Shown: positions 1 to 19,897 of the stretch, one piece after another
How positions within the stretch are numbered: position 1 is the stretch's first letter
Layout of the letters: the number at the start of each line of letters is the position of its first letter
Source: the human T2T-CHM13v2.0 reference genome, Homo sapiens
Assembly: GCF_009914755.1 (NCBI RefSeq)
Contig: NC_060938.1
Strand: one strand, 5' to 3'
Length of the DNA: 64,000 nt
Position numbers and translations under genes: made by a program
The notes under the pieces: generated by a model
The model's database searches: none
The model's input: only the letters and a program-made list of their open reading frames with translations
Told to the model about the DNA's origin: nothing

Positions 1-268
1 GTTCTCTTAATAAAAGGTAAGTCCTTTTTGAGCTTGGTACACAGGAACTTTCACTCTGGCACTACCTAGCCAAATCCTCCATTTAAACACAGTTTCTTGC
101 TATTTATTCTGTTTTAGCTCCTTCTGAACCAGGCTTAGGCAATCCATGTAGCTACCAGGGTCTATGTAACATTTACCCTCAGTTTCACAACTTGATGCCT
201 ACTCCAAATTTTATTCTGTAACATGGAAAGAAACCCATGAACCCCTATAGAACCAAAATCTATTACTA

Positions 269-472
<204 letters not shown>

Positions 473-2576
473 TTATACTGCTTTAAAAGCTCTTTGAGTA
501 CAGTCATACAGTCACATACAACATAAAAAGGGGAAAAACGAAATTAAAAAATTGTTAAATTGCACTTGATCAGTTTTACATATGAAACACAAACACTCAA
601 AAACATCAGGAGACACTGCAGAAGACCAGACAATTTCAATTGTCAATAATCAATGGGTAACAGAGAACTTAGATTTAAAAAGATTCACATATAGCCCAAA
701 TACTCTCCTTAACCAGCAACTGCACCAATTCTCCACTAACAGATCTTTTAAAAGATTGTTTTAAAAAAAGAAGTAAGTAACTCATAAATTGGATAATCCC
801 CAGTTGAGTAAGAGAAAGTTGATTATGTTTCGTTTAACGAATTTATTTCCAGGTTTTCTTTGCCCATGAAACTCAAAAATTCTTCCAAATAGATGTCTTG
901 AGAATTGTTAGACCCTCAAGACGTTATTTAAATGTTTGTGGGGTTTGCTTACAAAGGTGTTTCTGGCAATCAGAGAGAGTTAACATTATGATAATTAAAA
1001 CTGTAAAAACACAAAACATTCAGAAGTTGGATTTCTAATAAGGTGTTAAAAAAATGAACTTAATGCCCTTTAGTCTTAAGTTTTCTTCATAGAGACTGCT
1101 ATAATGCATTTTATTATAAAATTTCATTATACTAGTACGTTTATTGATTCTGCCACTGTGAGCATTTGAGTTGACTTTTAGTGCAGATCTTACATGGGAT
1201 TTCCATTAGTTTCAGATAACTAGACACACGGCAGGTGGAAAGGTTTAGAAGAGTAAACCTGGGATAACTGTCATCAATATTTACGCTATCAGCTAACATA
1301 CGGGCAATTTCTATCTCAGAAATATGTCATTTATTTTGGCTTAAGGATGAACATAGGGTAGGAAAAAGAACTTAATATCTGATTTAAACAAAGAAAGGAG
1401 TTAAGTCCAATTAGTGAAAGCCTCTCTTCTGTCACTCCTTAATCCTGGAGTAACTCCTTATATGCATACACAAGTTGAATAATATAAATGTGTGGGACTT
1501 GGGCTTTGTGACATTTTTAAAAAGCAAAAAAGATTACACAACTCAGAAAAGCCATGGCTTCATAATTTCATTTTTTAATCAAAATACTTTAAAAATATCC
1601 TTCCTATACAGCCATCCCCATGTGTCAGCTTCCCTAATAGGTTTATGTTAACTGAATACAAAAGAAATGTGAAATAAATTTAACCAGGAGGGATGATCCA
1701 ATCTAATTTTGATACATTAATGTCATATGCTGTACATGTTACAATAGCAGCCAGATCTAATACTAAGCTCCAGGCTATACTGAGATTTCCAAATGGCAGA
1801 TTGTTCTAAGTGATATCAAGTATAATTGAAGTAATAAACGATAGTAAAAGCTGAGCACACTGTCAGGAAGAATTTAGGTATTTACTTTTTAAAATTAAAT
1901 GAGTTAGGTAAGGAAAGACAAGACAACTGAAATAATGCAGGTCTCAATTTACAGAAAATTCCTTTTATTTATCTGCTACATTAACCCTTGAACTCTTGCC
2001 AAAACTATCTATAATTTCTAGTGCCCACTTATCTAAAGAAACGAGAAAAAAGGGCAAGTATACTTTTATTTTATAACTGAAGCTTGTTCAAATATCTTCT
2101 GTATAGTATTAAAAGTCTGTTAAATAAGTTTAATGGAAAAGAACAACATATTTTTGCCAAGCTGTTGTAATGAAGATTTCTGGCACAGAACCATGTACAT
2201 AACAAAGTCATTCTAAACATGTTCAAACATTTTAAGCGAAAAGCTTCATGAAATCCCTTATCATTTACATTCAAATGCTAAATAAGTAATTATTTTAGGC
2301 TGTCATAATGAGATATGACATTATGATATATCTTCTTCAAGATATGTTTTTATATCTTTAAAATCTCTTACATAGTAATTAGACACAAATTGAGAAATTG
2401 CTAATCATTGCTATGTGTCTTGGGAATTTTTGAAAGACTACTGAAAAAATCAATTTTTAATGGTTAAGCATTAATAGAAATTTCAGGCATATGTATGTTT
2501 GACAAACTTTATATATTATTTAATATTGATTTTATTTATTCCTTATCTCTATGGACTTACAAGATTGTGTCCTATG

Positions 2577-2878
2577 GAGCAGGGTGTGGTGGCTCACACT
2601 TGCAATCCGAGCACTCTGGGAGGCTAAGGCGGGCGAATCACCTGAGGTCAGGAGTTTTGAGACTAGCCTGGCCAACATGGTGAAACCCCATCTCTACTAA
2701 AAATACAAAAATTAGACAGGTGTGGTGGCATACACCTGTAATCCCAGCTACTCAGGAGGCTGAGGAGGGAGGATTCCTTGAACCTGGGAGGCAGAAGTTG
2801 CAGAGACCTGAGATCATGCCACTGCACTCCAGCCTGTGCGACACAGTGAGACTCCATCTCAAAGAAAAAAAAAAAAAA
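2577..2878 (+). mobile_element. AluS
   Basis: Dimeric Alu with A-rich linker and poly-A tail. Confidence 0.93.
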
Positions 2879-3292
2879 GATTGTATAACCAGTAGGTTTT
2901 GCTATACTCTAAAACCACCAAAGAAGTTCCTATCTACATGTTTATTGACCCAGATGCTAATTCATTTCTGAAATAGAGTAGAAGACTTCTGTACATGGGA
3001 TAGGTCTGTTAAAACGATTGGCAACCAAACTACTCTTCTAAATTTCTTTCAACTGCTACTGAAGTCATTTTGGAACTCAAGGTATATAACATAGGCTACA
3101 GATGACTATTATTACTTGAAGAAGACAAAGCAGCTAAATGAAATTTAACATGTGTACAAGTGAAGTCCTCAAATACACTAGAATGTTAATACTGGAAGAG
3201 ACCTTAAAGTTCTAATTTCCCACCTGATACAGGAGCTTGTGCCACCATATGCCTGATAAGTAGACATCCTGCCTCGGCTTGAATACTTCTAA

Positions 3293-3640
<348 letters not shown>

Positions 3641-4364
3641 TAAAGAGCTACAATCATTAGAACATCTTAATACTAAGCTAAAAACTGCCTTCTGGATGCT
3701 AGCTCTTCCAAAATGAGCCTTACCAAATAAATCCAATCTGTATTCTATATATTTTCTGTTATCTGAAGATCAGTCTAATATATATCTTACCTTTCCTTTT
3801 CCAGGTTAAAAGTGTTCTTCTTAGCTCCTCTTACAGTTTACAAACATATTCATTATCTTGGGTTATTGTCTCAGTTTACTAATATTTCTATTAAACTTGT
3901 GTATGGAATAGAATTACAGTATCAACACATGCTCTGGATAATACAGCAAACCCACAGTGGGGCTGTTTCTTCCTTCAGTCTGTTCAATAAATTACTTTCT
4001 GCATTTTAAAAATGATGGCTCAAATGGAACTTGTAGTCAGTTCAAGTTGCTAAGTCTTTTTCTTACAAAGTTCTTTTAAGCAGGTACAATTGACTGCTAG
4101 AACTAAAGAAGGGATTTCATAATTTTCCCTTGCCAGGTTCAGATTATCTTTAAGCTTATGAAGGTCTATTGTTAGCCTGACTATGCTATTCATGTGCTGG
4201 CTCTCTGCCAGATTTGGGCTATCCTTAAGTTCAAATTCCAGTGTCTTCATTTACATTTTGGACAAAAATGTCAAATGGGACAGGCTTGGTTAAGAGCCTT
4301 ACAGCAAGTCATTACAGACTTTCCTCCTGGTTAAAAAAATCCACAAAACCCTATATTTATTAAA

Positions 4365-4585
4365 GGTATTTATTAAGTGCTTACTGCTTACTGTTTGTGA
4401 CAATTCATTAAATTTCCACAACAACACTATGAAGTAGTAATAATTATTATTATCCCTATTTTTACAGGAGAGGAATTGAAGCTTAAAAGGATGAAGTAAC
4501 TCGCCTAAGGTCATACAAATAGTAAGTGGCAGAGCCAGGATTCAAACCAAGGCAGGCTGGTTCTAGAACCTATACTGTAACCACC
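4365..4585 (-). mobile_element. MIR
   Basis: Reverse-complement MIR core: attattatccctatttttacag...aagtaactcgcctaaggtcatacaaatagtaagtggcagagccaggattcaaacc. Confidence 0.85.
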
Positions 4586-4977
4586 TCCCTATATTGTTTC
4601 TTGTTAAATAATTAATTTATGTGCTATGAATATGATTATACAATCACTCATGAATATACTTATCAAACTCTTATTAAGACCACATTTCTTCAACTTGTCC
4701 ACAACAAGCAACTTAGTTAAATGCTTTATTGCAGTCTATGGTTTTCCCTAATCTAGTAATCCTATTAAAACAAATTAAGTTATTTTGATGTGATTTGTTA
4801 TGGTGAACTCATGGTGGCTCCTAGTGATCACTACACTTCATTATCTAAGTGCTCACAAACCATCTGTTTAATAATCCTATTTTGCCAGGCACTGACATGA
4901 AGCTCACGAATGTTGGTTAATTTCTATAGTCTATGGCCTGCTCCATGTTCTTCTGTGAAAATCAGATGTTCACCCAT

Positions 4978-5354
4978 TGCTACAGACTGAATGTTTGCAT
5001 CCCATCCACCCCCCAAATTCATATTGTGAAATCCTAACCCCCCAGTGTGTTGGTATCGGAAGGTAGGGAACTCTGGGAGGTGATTATGTTATGCGGGCTC
5101 CTTTATAAGGGATTAATGTCCTTATAAAAGAGACCCCAGAGAGCTTACTTGACTCTTCTGCTATTATATATAAGGTTACAATGAGAAGATGGTCATCTGT
5201 GAACAAGGGAGTGGTCCCTCATCAGACAATGAATCTGTCAGCATCTTGATCTTAGATTTCTCAGCCCCCAGAACTGTGAGAAATAAATTTCTGTGGTTTA
5301 TAAGCCATTCAGTCTATGGTATTTTTGTTATATCAGCCTGAATGGACTAAGACA
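4978..5354 (+). mobile_element. ERVL-MaLR solo LTR (MLT1A-like)
   Basis: TG...CA ends (tgctacagactgaatgttt ... aatggactaagaca) and the MaLR 3' motif agaactgtgagaaataaatt. Confidence 0.85.
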
Positions 5355-6554
5355 TTCATCTTATGGCAATGCACTCATTCTCCATGATTACCAACAGGAA
5401 TTCCAGAGTCAATTCTAGATTTCCTCAGTGCCATATAATATCACTTATCTGGGGCTGGAGACTAGAATTCTTATAAAGTAACTGTATTATGTCTCTCACT
5501 AAATCAATTTATCTTCCTGACTTCTCCATTTCTGTTAAAAGTACCTAACAACTAATTATAATCACTCAGGATTAAAACCTGATTGTCTTTTAGTCTTTTT
5601 TGATTACTCTGTTTTCCTTACTACATTGCTAATGAGCTCTTCATTTTTTTAAAAAAGTATATTCCTTTTCTGTACTTTCCTTCCTATTCCTCTACTGCTG
5701 TCCTAGATCACATGCTACTCATCCTACATACCACACATACTAATTCATGAGGTCTTAAAAGTCTTTTTTCTCTTCCTTCCCTCCTCCATATCCACCTTCT
5801 TTCATTCATAACCAAATATTGAGAGCTGACCAAATGCTAGCTTTTGCAGATGCAACAATGAGTAAAAACAGACATGGTCTCTGCTAGCAAAGCTTTGTGT
5901 ACAGTGGAGGAGACAGAGTAAAATAACCATACAATAAATAAATAAATAATTTAAAAATACAAATGATGCTCTAAATATACTTTTCTCAATACAAATAACA
6001 AAGGACATGGATCTATAATAGCTCTTGAACTAAAAGCTGAAGAACACACAGAAGTTAATTAGGTTACGCAATTACTTCAGGAGATAGGGGTATACGTGTA
6101 GAAACTGTAACTTAGTATTCTTACTGCCCCAAGTTCCCATTCTTTCCCCCATCTTTCAGGCACTCACACTTAGTAAAAAACACTCTATGATATAACCCTC
6201 AATCATGTGAGAAAACATGCTTTAATATACCTTCTAATAGTCACACATATTTTCCTACATTCACTTGCTGTTTAGATTATTCATTTTTAGCAATCAGGAA
6301 AAGTTTCTTGAAAACAACAGGCACAGCATCCAATACTATGCCTTAGCAGAGTGGGCATTCAATAAATACTGGTGACTATTAAAAAGATAATATAACAATA
6401 CTTATCTTGCATTTTTTTCCTATCATTACCCAGTACATAGCATAAAAATAGAATTATCTGCAGTTATGGCATTTATTTAAATATGTCACTTTGATAAAGA
6501 CAAAGGTGTCTATAGATAGTTCTTTTGATTTGTGGCTATGGTAGCTGTGGTAAT

Positions 6555-7068
6555 TCACTGAAAAAACATTTGTTAAATGCCAACAGGCCTGGTACTAGGT
6601 GCTGGAGATACAGCAGTAAGCAAAAGAGACAAAGTCCTTGTTCTCATGACCTTGATATTCTAGTGGGAGGAGTCAGATAAACATATACAAAAATAAACAA
6701 GGTAAACTTACATGCTGATAAATCTATAAAGAAAATAATATAGGGTAATGTGATAAAGTTCCTGAGTAGAAAGGGGCTTATTTAGCTAGGATGGTCTAAA
6801 AAGGTCTTTCTGAGAAACTGTCATGTGAGTTTAAGAACAGAAGAATTAGAATGAGGAAGCCTGATAATGTGGAGAAAAAACATTTCAAACTGAGAGAGTA
6901 GTAAGTGTACACAGCCCTTAAGATGTGAATGAGTTTGACATGTTGGAAGGTCAGAATGTCAGTCAGTGAGGCCAGATTATGGTAAATGAAAAGGAAAAAG
7001 ACAGGAGATGAGATCTAGAGGTAGGCAGGCTGGTGGGGCCAAATCACGTAGTGCCATAGTGAGGAATT
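6555..7068 (-). mobile_element. L2 3' fragment
   Basis: Antisense L2 3' end: tactaggtgctggagatacagcagtaagcaaaagagacaaagtcc. A further L2 piece lies near 5800-6070. Confidence 0.7.
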
Positions 7069-7082
7069 AGAATTTTATTCCC

Positions 7083-7460
<378 letters not shown>

Positions 7461-9314
7461 TCAATCCTCTATTCTTGTCATCAGGAGTATATATGTAAAA
7501 ACTGGAGTTATGGGCAGAGTTTCTTCTATAAGATTGTTATATTTAGGACTCAAACAATGAGTATAATTTCACAGCACTTATTAACTATAATCCTAACTTC
7601 ACTTTTACTAAAATAATGAAAAAATTTAAAAATTATTCCTTAAATTTATTTTTTAACAAATTCATTTTTCAGACTATATTTAGCATATAGTTCTTTGGAA
7701 AGTATCTTATATTTCTGTATAAAATAAAGAAAAACAGATTTAAAATAAAAAATCAGACCAAGCAGCACTACAAGGTTCATTTATTTGCACAACTATTGTG
7801 AGTAAATTTCAAGACAGAAAATGAAACACTTTCCATTACACTAATAGTATTTCAGAGGAAATGGACTTAAATAAAGTGCTTCTTTCCCCCTATTTTGGGG
7901 GGTCCAGGAAATGAAACATAGACTAGAGAGTTCAACTAAGTATGTTACAATTATCTCAACTTGATCTTCATCAAACTTCTAAAAGGATGATTCAGCTACC
8001 TATGAAGCAGAGTATCAGCAAGTGGCTAGAACAAGGAGACAGAGGAAATGAGAGAGGCTCCTATGAACACTTTATACCAATGCTTGCAGCACTTTTGATT
8101 TTTAGGGGTGAATACACTCAGTTAAGTGGAAATTATTTTTAACCATTTTCCATCAATCTTCCTCAGGAAGAGATAATTTATAGAACAGATTGCTTGGACT
8201 GGGGTTATATCAGGATTTTTATATGGTGGTGCAACATTTCTAAGAGAAACTTAGCTAAACTGAATGTTTGGCTAATTTGCTCAAGAAGTATAGTCTATGT
8301 TGTAAATATTCTGCTGCTACTGTCTTGAGCCTTGAAAAAGCTTCTCTTCACAAGAAATATAAATGCTACATTTAAATAGGTCCAAGGATATTTACTTCTC
8401 ATTCTGAGAAAATAAAATGTTTGAAAATAATTTACAAATCACATATTTTAAATAAAAAATCAGAACTAAAATTAGTTTCTATAAAATGGATATAAATGAT
8501 TTTACCCTACCAAGTTTAAAGCAAAGGACCAGAGTCATAAATAATTCTAGCTTGCCAGAGGCATGGCTATTTCTTTATACTGACTGTCGACTATCTAATT
8601 TAATTAGAGGTATTAAACTCCTTGCTGAGGTCAACAAGCCTTACTTCCTCCAATATTACACTTCAACCCGTGCTCATTAATGTGTCTACTGAATGGATTA
8701 ACACACCTAAAGATATATGTACAAAGGATAGGGGGGACAACCTAATGATATCCAATTGTTCATTTATAATAGGACACATGTTCTAGCCTCAACTTATTAC
8801 CACTAATGTGGAATTTATTAAATTCAGGAGAAAAAATACCAATACAGAAAGTGATTTTTTATCAGGGACAACTGGTATAAGACAACTGGCTTCTACGATT
8901 AAGTTTAAACATTTAACCTATCAAAAATAAAGTGATACTAAAATAAAACTAAAATATAAGCCTGCTACTTAGAAAAATCTTATATACTAGAACTCTGAGG
9001 AAAAGATTAAGGCAACAGTCATTAGGTATAGGGAAACGGGAAACATCAGTATATAGAGAAATCAATGTTTATAAGGTTTTAAAAAATTTCTACGAAAAGA
9101 AAGTTTAAGCTAATTACACTGAATTATGAGATCAAATAAAAATTCCCTTTCTGTTGGACTTAAAAGCTGCTATTGTTTCTTGGAGAATCGCAGTATCAGG
9201 ACGTATATGACCACATTGTTCATACATATAGAGCTGAAACATTGCTTTAATTTAGTTTGACGCTGACAAAGTAAATTTTACTTAAATTGATTTAAATTAC
9301 TACTAGAGAAAATA

Positions 9315-10018
9315 AGACATTTCTCCAAAGAGTATATACAAATAGGCAATAAGCACATGAAAAGATGCTCAATATCATTAGAAGGGAAATACAAGTCAAA
9401 AGCACAACGAAATATCATTTCACACCTACTACTATGGCTATAATTATTTTTTTAAAACAGAAAATAACAAGTGTTGGCAAAGATGTGGAAAAATTGCAAC
9501 CCTTAAGCATTCCTGGTGGAAATATAAAATGATGCAGCTGCTGTAGAAAACATCCTGACAATTTCTCAGAAAGCTACATATACAATTACCATATGATCCC
9601 AGCAATTCCACTCCTAGCTATATAGCTAAATTGAAAACAGGGATTCAAATAGATATTTGTATGCCAATGTTCACTGCAACATTGTTTACAAGAACCAAAA
9701 GGTGGAAACAACCCAATTTCCAGCCACAGATGAATGGGTAAACAAAATGAGGTATATACTTGCAACAGATTATTATTCAGCTTTAAAAAGGAATGAAATT
9801 CTGATGTATGCTACAACATGAATGGATCTTGAAAACATGCTAAGTAAAACAGGCACAAAAGGACACATATTTTATGATTCCACTTATTCGAGGTTCCTAG
9901 AACTGGCAAATTCATAGAGGAAGTGGATTAGAGGTTACCAGGGGTAGTGGAAGGAGGAATGGGGAATTACTGTTTAATGGGTACAAAGTTGCTGTTTGAA
10001 AATTTAAAAAAGTTCTGG
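9315..10018 (+). mobile_element. L1MB-type ORF2 end and 3' UTR (resumes at about 13182-13300)
   Basis: agacatttctccaaagag...aagatgctcaatatcattag...ggggaattactgtttaatgggtacaaag. Confidence 0.8.
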
Positions 10019-10058
10019 AACAAAAACAAAAAACAAAAAACAACAAAACAAGTTCTGG

Positions 10059-13181
<3,123 letters not shown>

Positions 13182-13351
13182 AAAAGTTCTGTAAAGAGAC
13201 AGTGGTGATGGTTGCAAAGCACTGTGAGACTACTTAAAGCCAATGAATTAGTTAAAAATGGTTTAAAAAATAGTTAAAATGAACTTATTCTCTAATAAAT
13301 CTAGTGCATAAAAGTTTCATCGTTTCAGAGTACAACTTTAATTAAAACTCA

Positions 13352-15964
<2,613 letters not shown>

Positions 15965-16294
15965 AACAACTCTTAAATGGTGCTATCATGCCTAAAATTT
16001 GTCTTATTTGCTATGATAAAGGATTATTAAACATCCATTTCAGATGCTTCTTTTAAAATAATTAAGGGCCCTTGTGACTACTTTGAGGGAAACAGGCATC
16101 TTATTTGACATTTCTACAAAGGTCACAGGAATAAACTATCAAGTGCCATATAATTAGCAAGTTTAATACAGTGAAGTAAAAATATCCTGACATAGTTTTC
16201 TTTAACAAAAAAGTCATTTTAATAGAAAATAATCTACTTTGTTCCACTTTTAGGTTTGCAATCTAAGATACTATTAATTTTTACAAATAAAACC

Positions 16295-17295
16295 ATGATG
16301 AGATATCCTATTAGAATGACTATTATCAAAAAGACAAAATGTAACGGCAAGGATGTGGAAAAAAGAGGACTTTGTTACATAGGTAGTGGGAATTTAAATT
16401 AGTACAGGCATTACGGAAAACAGTATGGGGGTTCTTCAAAAAATTAAAAATTAGAACTATCATTATGATCCAGCAATCCCCCTACTGGGTATATATCCAG
16501 AGAAAATGAAATCAGTATGTCAAAGAGATTATCTGCACACTCACGTTCAGTGCAGCCTTATTCACAATAACCAGGATATGGAATCAATCTAAGAGTCCAT
16601 CAATTGATGAATGGATAAAGAAAATGTGGTATATATATAAAATGGAACACTATTCAACCTTACAAATGAAGGAAATCCTGTCATTTATAAAAACACGGAT
16701 TAACCTGAAGGACTTTATGTTAGGTAAATTAAGCCAGGCACAAAAAGACAAACCATGATCTCACTTTTAAGTGGAATCTAAAAAAGTTGAATTCATAGAA
16801 AGATGGAGTACAGTAAGTCCTCACAATGTCATCAATAGGTTCTTGGAAACTGCAACTTTAAGCAAAACAACATATAGCAGGCCTTCAAATAATGTCATAT
16901 CCTTCATAATTTCATTATAAATTTGATGATAAAATACAATTGGTTTCATTATATGCCATTTTCCTTAAACGGAGAGAGTCATCACTTATGGGGAAGAGTT
17001 TGAAAATGGAGAGAAGCTGGTCAAGGGACACAAAATTTAAGTTAGGAGGAATGAGTTAAAGAGAGCTATTGTACAACATAATGACTATAGTTAAGAACAA
17101 CATGCTGTATACTTGAAAATTGCTAAGAGAATAGATTTTAAGTGTTCTCAGCATGAAAAACTGGTATGTGAGGTAATGCATATTTTAATTAGCTTGATTT
17201 AGCTATTCCACAGTGTTTACATATATCAAAATGTGTTGTATATCATAAATATATACAATTTCAATTTATCAATTAAAAAAGTAAATGTTTAAAAA
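16295..17295 (+). mobile_element. L1MA 3' end, interrupted by a Tigger fragment
   Basis: gatccagcaatccccctactgggtatatatccag...aattagcttgatttagctattccac...caattaaaaaa. Confidence 0.85.
16811..16970 (+). mobile_element. TcMar-Tigger non-autonomous fragment (Tigger5/MER47-like)
   Basis: TA|CAGTAAGTCCTCAC...aataggttcttggaaactgcaactttaagc terminal repeat; right end missing. Confidence 0.65.
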
Positions 17296-17425
17296 AGAAA
17301 TATATGAGAAATATACTTAAAACAGTCACTATTGTAGGACAGCAGAATAGTAATATATTATTAATTTTAAACTCTGCATTGGGGTTTAAAAATTATGCCC
17401 ATGGAGCCCTGATTAAATTTATGTA

Positions 17426-17729
17426 TGTATTTATTTATTTATTTATTTATTTTTGAGACAGTGTTTCACTCTGTCACTGAGGCTGTAGTGCAGTGGTGCA
17501 ATCTTGGCTCATTGCAGCCTCAAGCTCCTGGACTCAAGCAATCTTCCCACCTCAGCCTCCAAATAGCTGGGACTACAGGCATGCACCACTATGCCTGGCT
17601 AATTTTTTTTGTAAGGACAGGGTGTCACTATGTTACCCAGACTGATATCGAACTCCTGAGCTTGAGCAATCCTCCCACCTTAGCCTCCCAAAGTGCTGGG
17701 ATTACAAGTGTGAGCCACTGTGCCTGGCT
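17426..17729 (-). mobile_element. AluJ
   Basis: Antisense Alu with (TTTA)n tail. Confidence 0.88.
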
Positions 17730-18101
17730 TATTTATCTTTTTACACTATACTTATAACTGTGTCTACTTTGGGTATAATTTATTTTCATAGAGATTTAAG
17801 ATAAATTCCTGGAACAAATGGTTTATGTGAAGTTTTAACAAATCTTTATTCCAATCCTATTTAACATCATATACTATTATCAGTATTGATGTCTTATCTT
17901 GTACTTCTAAAAAGCATATGCCAAAAAATTCTGTAACAAACTTTTCACTGAATATGCTTTCATAGACTTATTAATTACCTCTACCCCACCACTCATTGCA
18001 ATCTAATTAGTACCCATATATTAGTTTTCCTAGCTATTATCCATTTATTAGGCAATTTCTAACAATATTCTAAAATGTAAACAAAAGGCATAAAAGGTAG
18101 T

Positions 18102-18463
18102 TGATATAGTTTGCCTTTGTGTCCCCAACCAAATCTCATCTTGAATTGTAATCACTGGGTATTGAGAGAGGAACCTGGTGGGAGGTGATTGGATCATGGT
18201 GGCAGTTTTCCCTATGCTGTTCTAGTGGTAGTGAGTTCTCATGAAAGCTGATGGTTTTATAAGGGTTTGACAGTTACTCCTTCACATGCTCACACTCCGT
18301 GGCCTGCCGCCATGTAAGATGTGCCTGATTCCCCTTCTACCATGATTTTAAGTCTCCTGAGCCCTCCCCAGCCATATGGAACTGTGAGTCAATTAAACCT
18401 CTTTTCTTTATAAATTACCCAGTCTCAGTATTCTTTATAGCAATGTGAAAACAGACCAATACA
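18102..18463 (+). mobile_element. MaLR solo LTR (THE1D/MSTA-like)
   Basis: TGATATAGTTTG...CCAATACA with perfect 5-bp TSD GTAGT (18097-18101, 18464-18468). Confidence 0.92.
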
Positions 18464-19024
18464 GTAGTCAATCAAATCTTATAAAAGATTTGTAAAGAGT
18501 CCTAAACTTCCTTTTAAAAACAGTATGTTAATAACCCTGTTTCAAAGCTTATTAGTGAAGTGCGAAGAGCTTTGATATCAGGCAACAGAGTATCAAGTGA
18601 AATGGCTGATCATGTTCAGTTGGTTACATTTAGTAATAGTTTTGGATAAACTGAGGATAGGATTTTCAATAGAAACCCTGGGGCAAAAACAAACAAACTG
18701 AGAAGAAAGAGGAGAAGGAAGAGGTAAAGGAGAAATGTTGGATAAAGTTTTACTTTTAAAAATGTTTCTCACAAAACCAAATATGAGTTGAATACATAAA
18801 ACTGTACTCTGAGGTATCTCTGTAGCTACAATGACTTTTCCATGGCTGTGTGAGATACAGCAAAATGGTGGTGTAAATTTTAACAGTTGTGGACCATCAA
18901 TATCATTCTATGATACCCCTTACAGATTCTAAGGTAGCAAGATTTATTTCAATTAAGTAACACTTATTTGTTACATTAGTTTTAGCTCAAATGTATAGGA
19001 TACAGCATGTTATATTTTAAGTGC

Positions 19025-19351
19025 TATGTATGTATGTATGTATGTATGTATGTATGTATGTGTTTTTCTGAGTCAGGGTCTCACTTGGTCATCTAGGTTG
19101 GAGTGTAGTGGTGTGACCATGGCACACTGTAGCCTGGACATCCCAGGCTCAAGCAATCCTCCCACAGTAGCCTCCTGAGTAATTGGGACTATAGGCACAT
19201 GCTACCATGCCTGGCTAATTTTTAAATTTTTGGCAGGGGGTCTTGCTATGTTACTCAGGTTGGTCTCAAACTCTTGGGCTGAAGCAATCCTTCCACCTTG
19301 GCCTCCCAAAGTGCTGGGATTACAGGCATAAGCAAGCCACCACACCTGGCC
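19025..19351 (-). mobile_element. AluJ with (TATG)n tail microsatellite
   Basis: (TATG)9 at about 19025-19060 followed by an antisense Alu. Confidence 0.87.
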
Positions 19352-19488
19352 TGGAATAATTTCTGTTTTATTTTTTCCTCTCCCTCAATCAATATAAACA
19401 TTGTATCAGAGTCCATGTACTAAGGGCCTTGAAATATAATTTTACCAATGTAAACAAACACAGAAATCTTTCAATTTGTTATATCCCT

Positions 19489-19854
19489 TGATACAGTTTG
19501 GCTCTGTGTCTCCAACTAAATCTCATCTCAAATTGTAATCCACATGTGTCAAGGGAGGAACCTGGTGGGAGGTGACTGGATTATGGGGAAGGTTTCACCT
19601 GTACTGTTCTTGTGATAGAGAATGAGTTCTCATGAGAGCTGATGGTTTTAAAGTGTGGCACTTCCCCTTTGTTCGCTCTCTTGCCTGCAGCCATGTAAGA
19701 TGTACCTTGCTTCCCCTTTGCCTTTTGCCACGATTGTAAGTTTCCTGAGGCCTCTCCAGCCTTGTGGAACTGTGAGTCAATTACACCTCTTTTGTTTATA
19801 AATCACCCAGTCTCAGGCAGTTTCTTTATAGCAGTGTGAAAACAGACTAATATA
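19489..19854 (+). mobile_element. MaLR solo LTR (THE1D/MSTA-like)
   Basis: TGATACAGTTTGGCTCTGTG...ACTAATATA with TSD TCCCT (19484-19488, 19855-19859). Confidence 0.92.
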
Positions 19855-19897
19855 TCCCTATTTTCTTGAAGGTAAATCCTTTGTTAAGACTGTAACC

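Noticed and set aside
18102-19854. Two similar same-orientation MaLR LTRs as the ends of one provirus
   Set aside because: Each has its own 5-bp TSD (GTAGT and TCCCT) and the sequence between them is not MaLR-internal, so they are independent solo LTRs.
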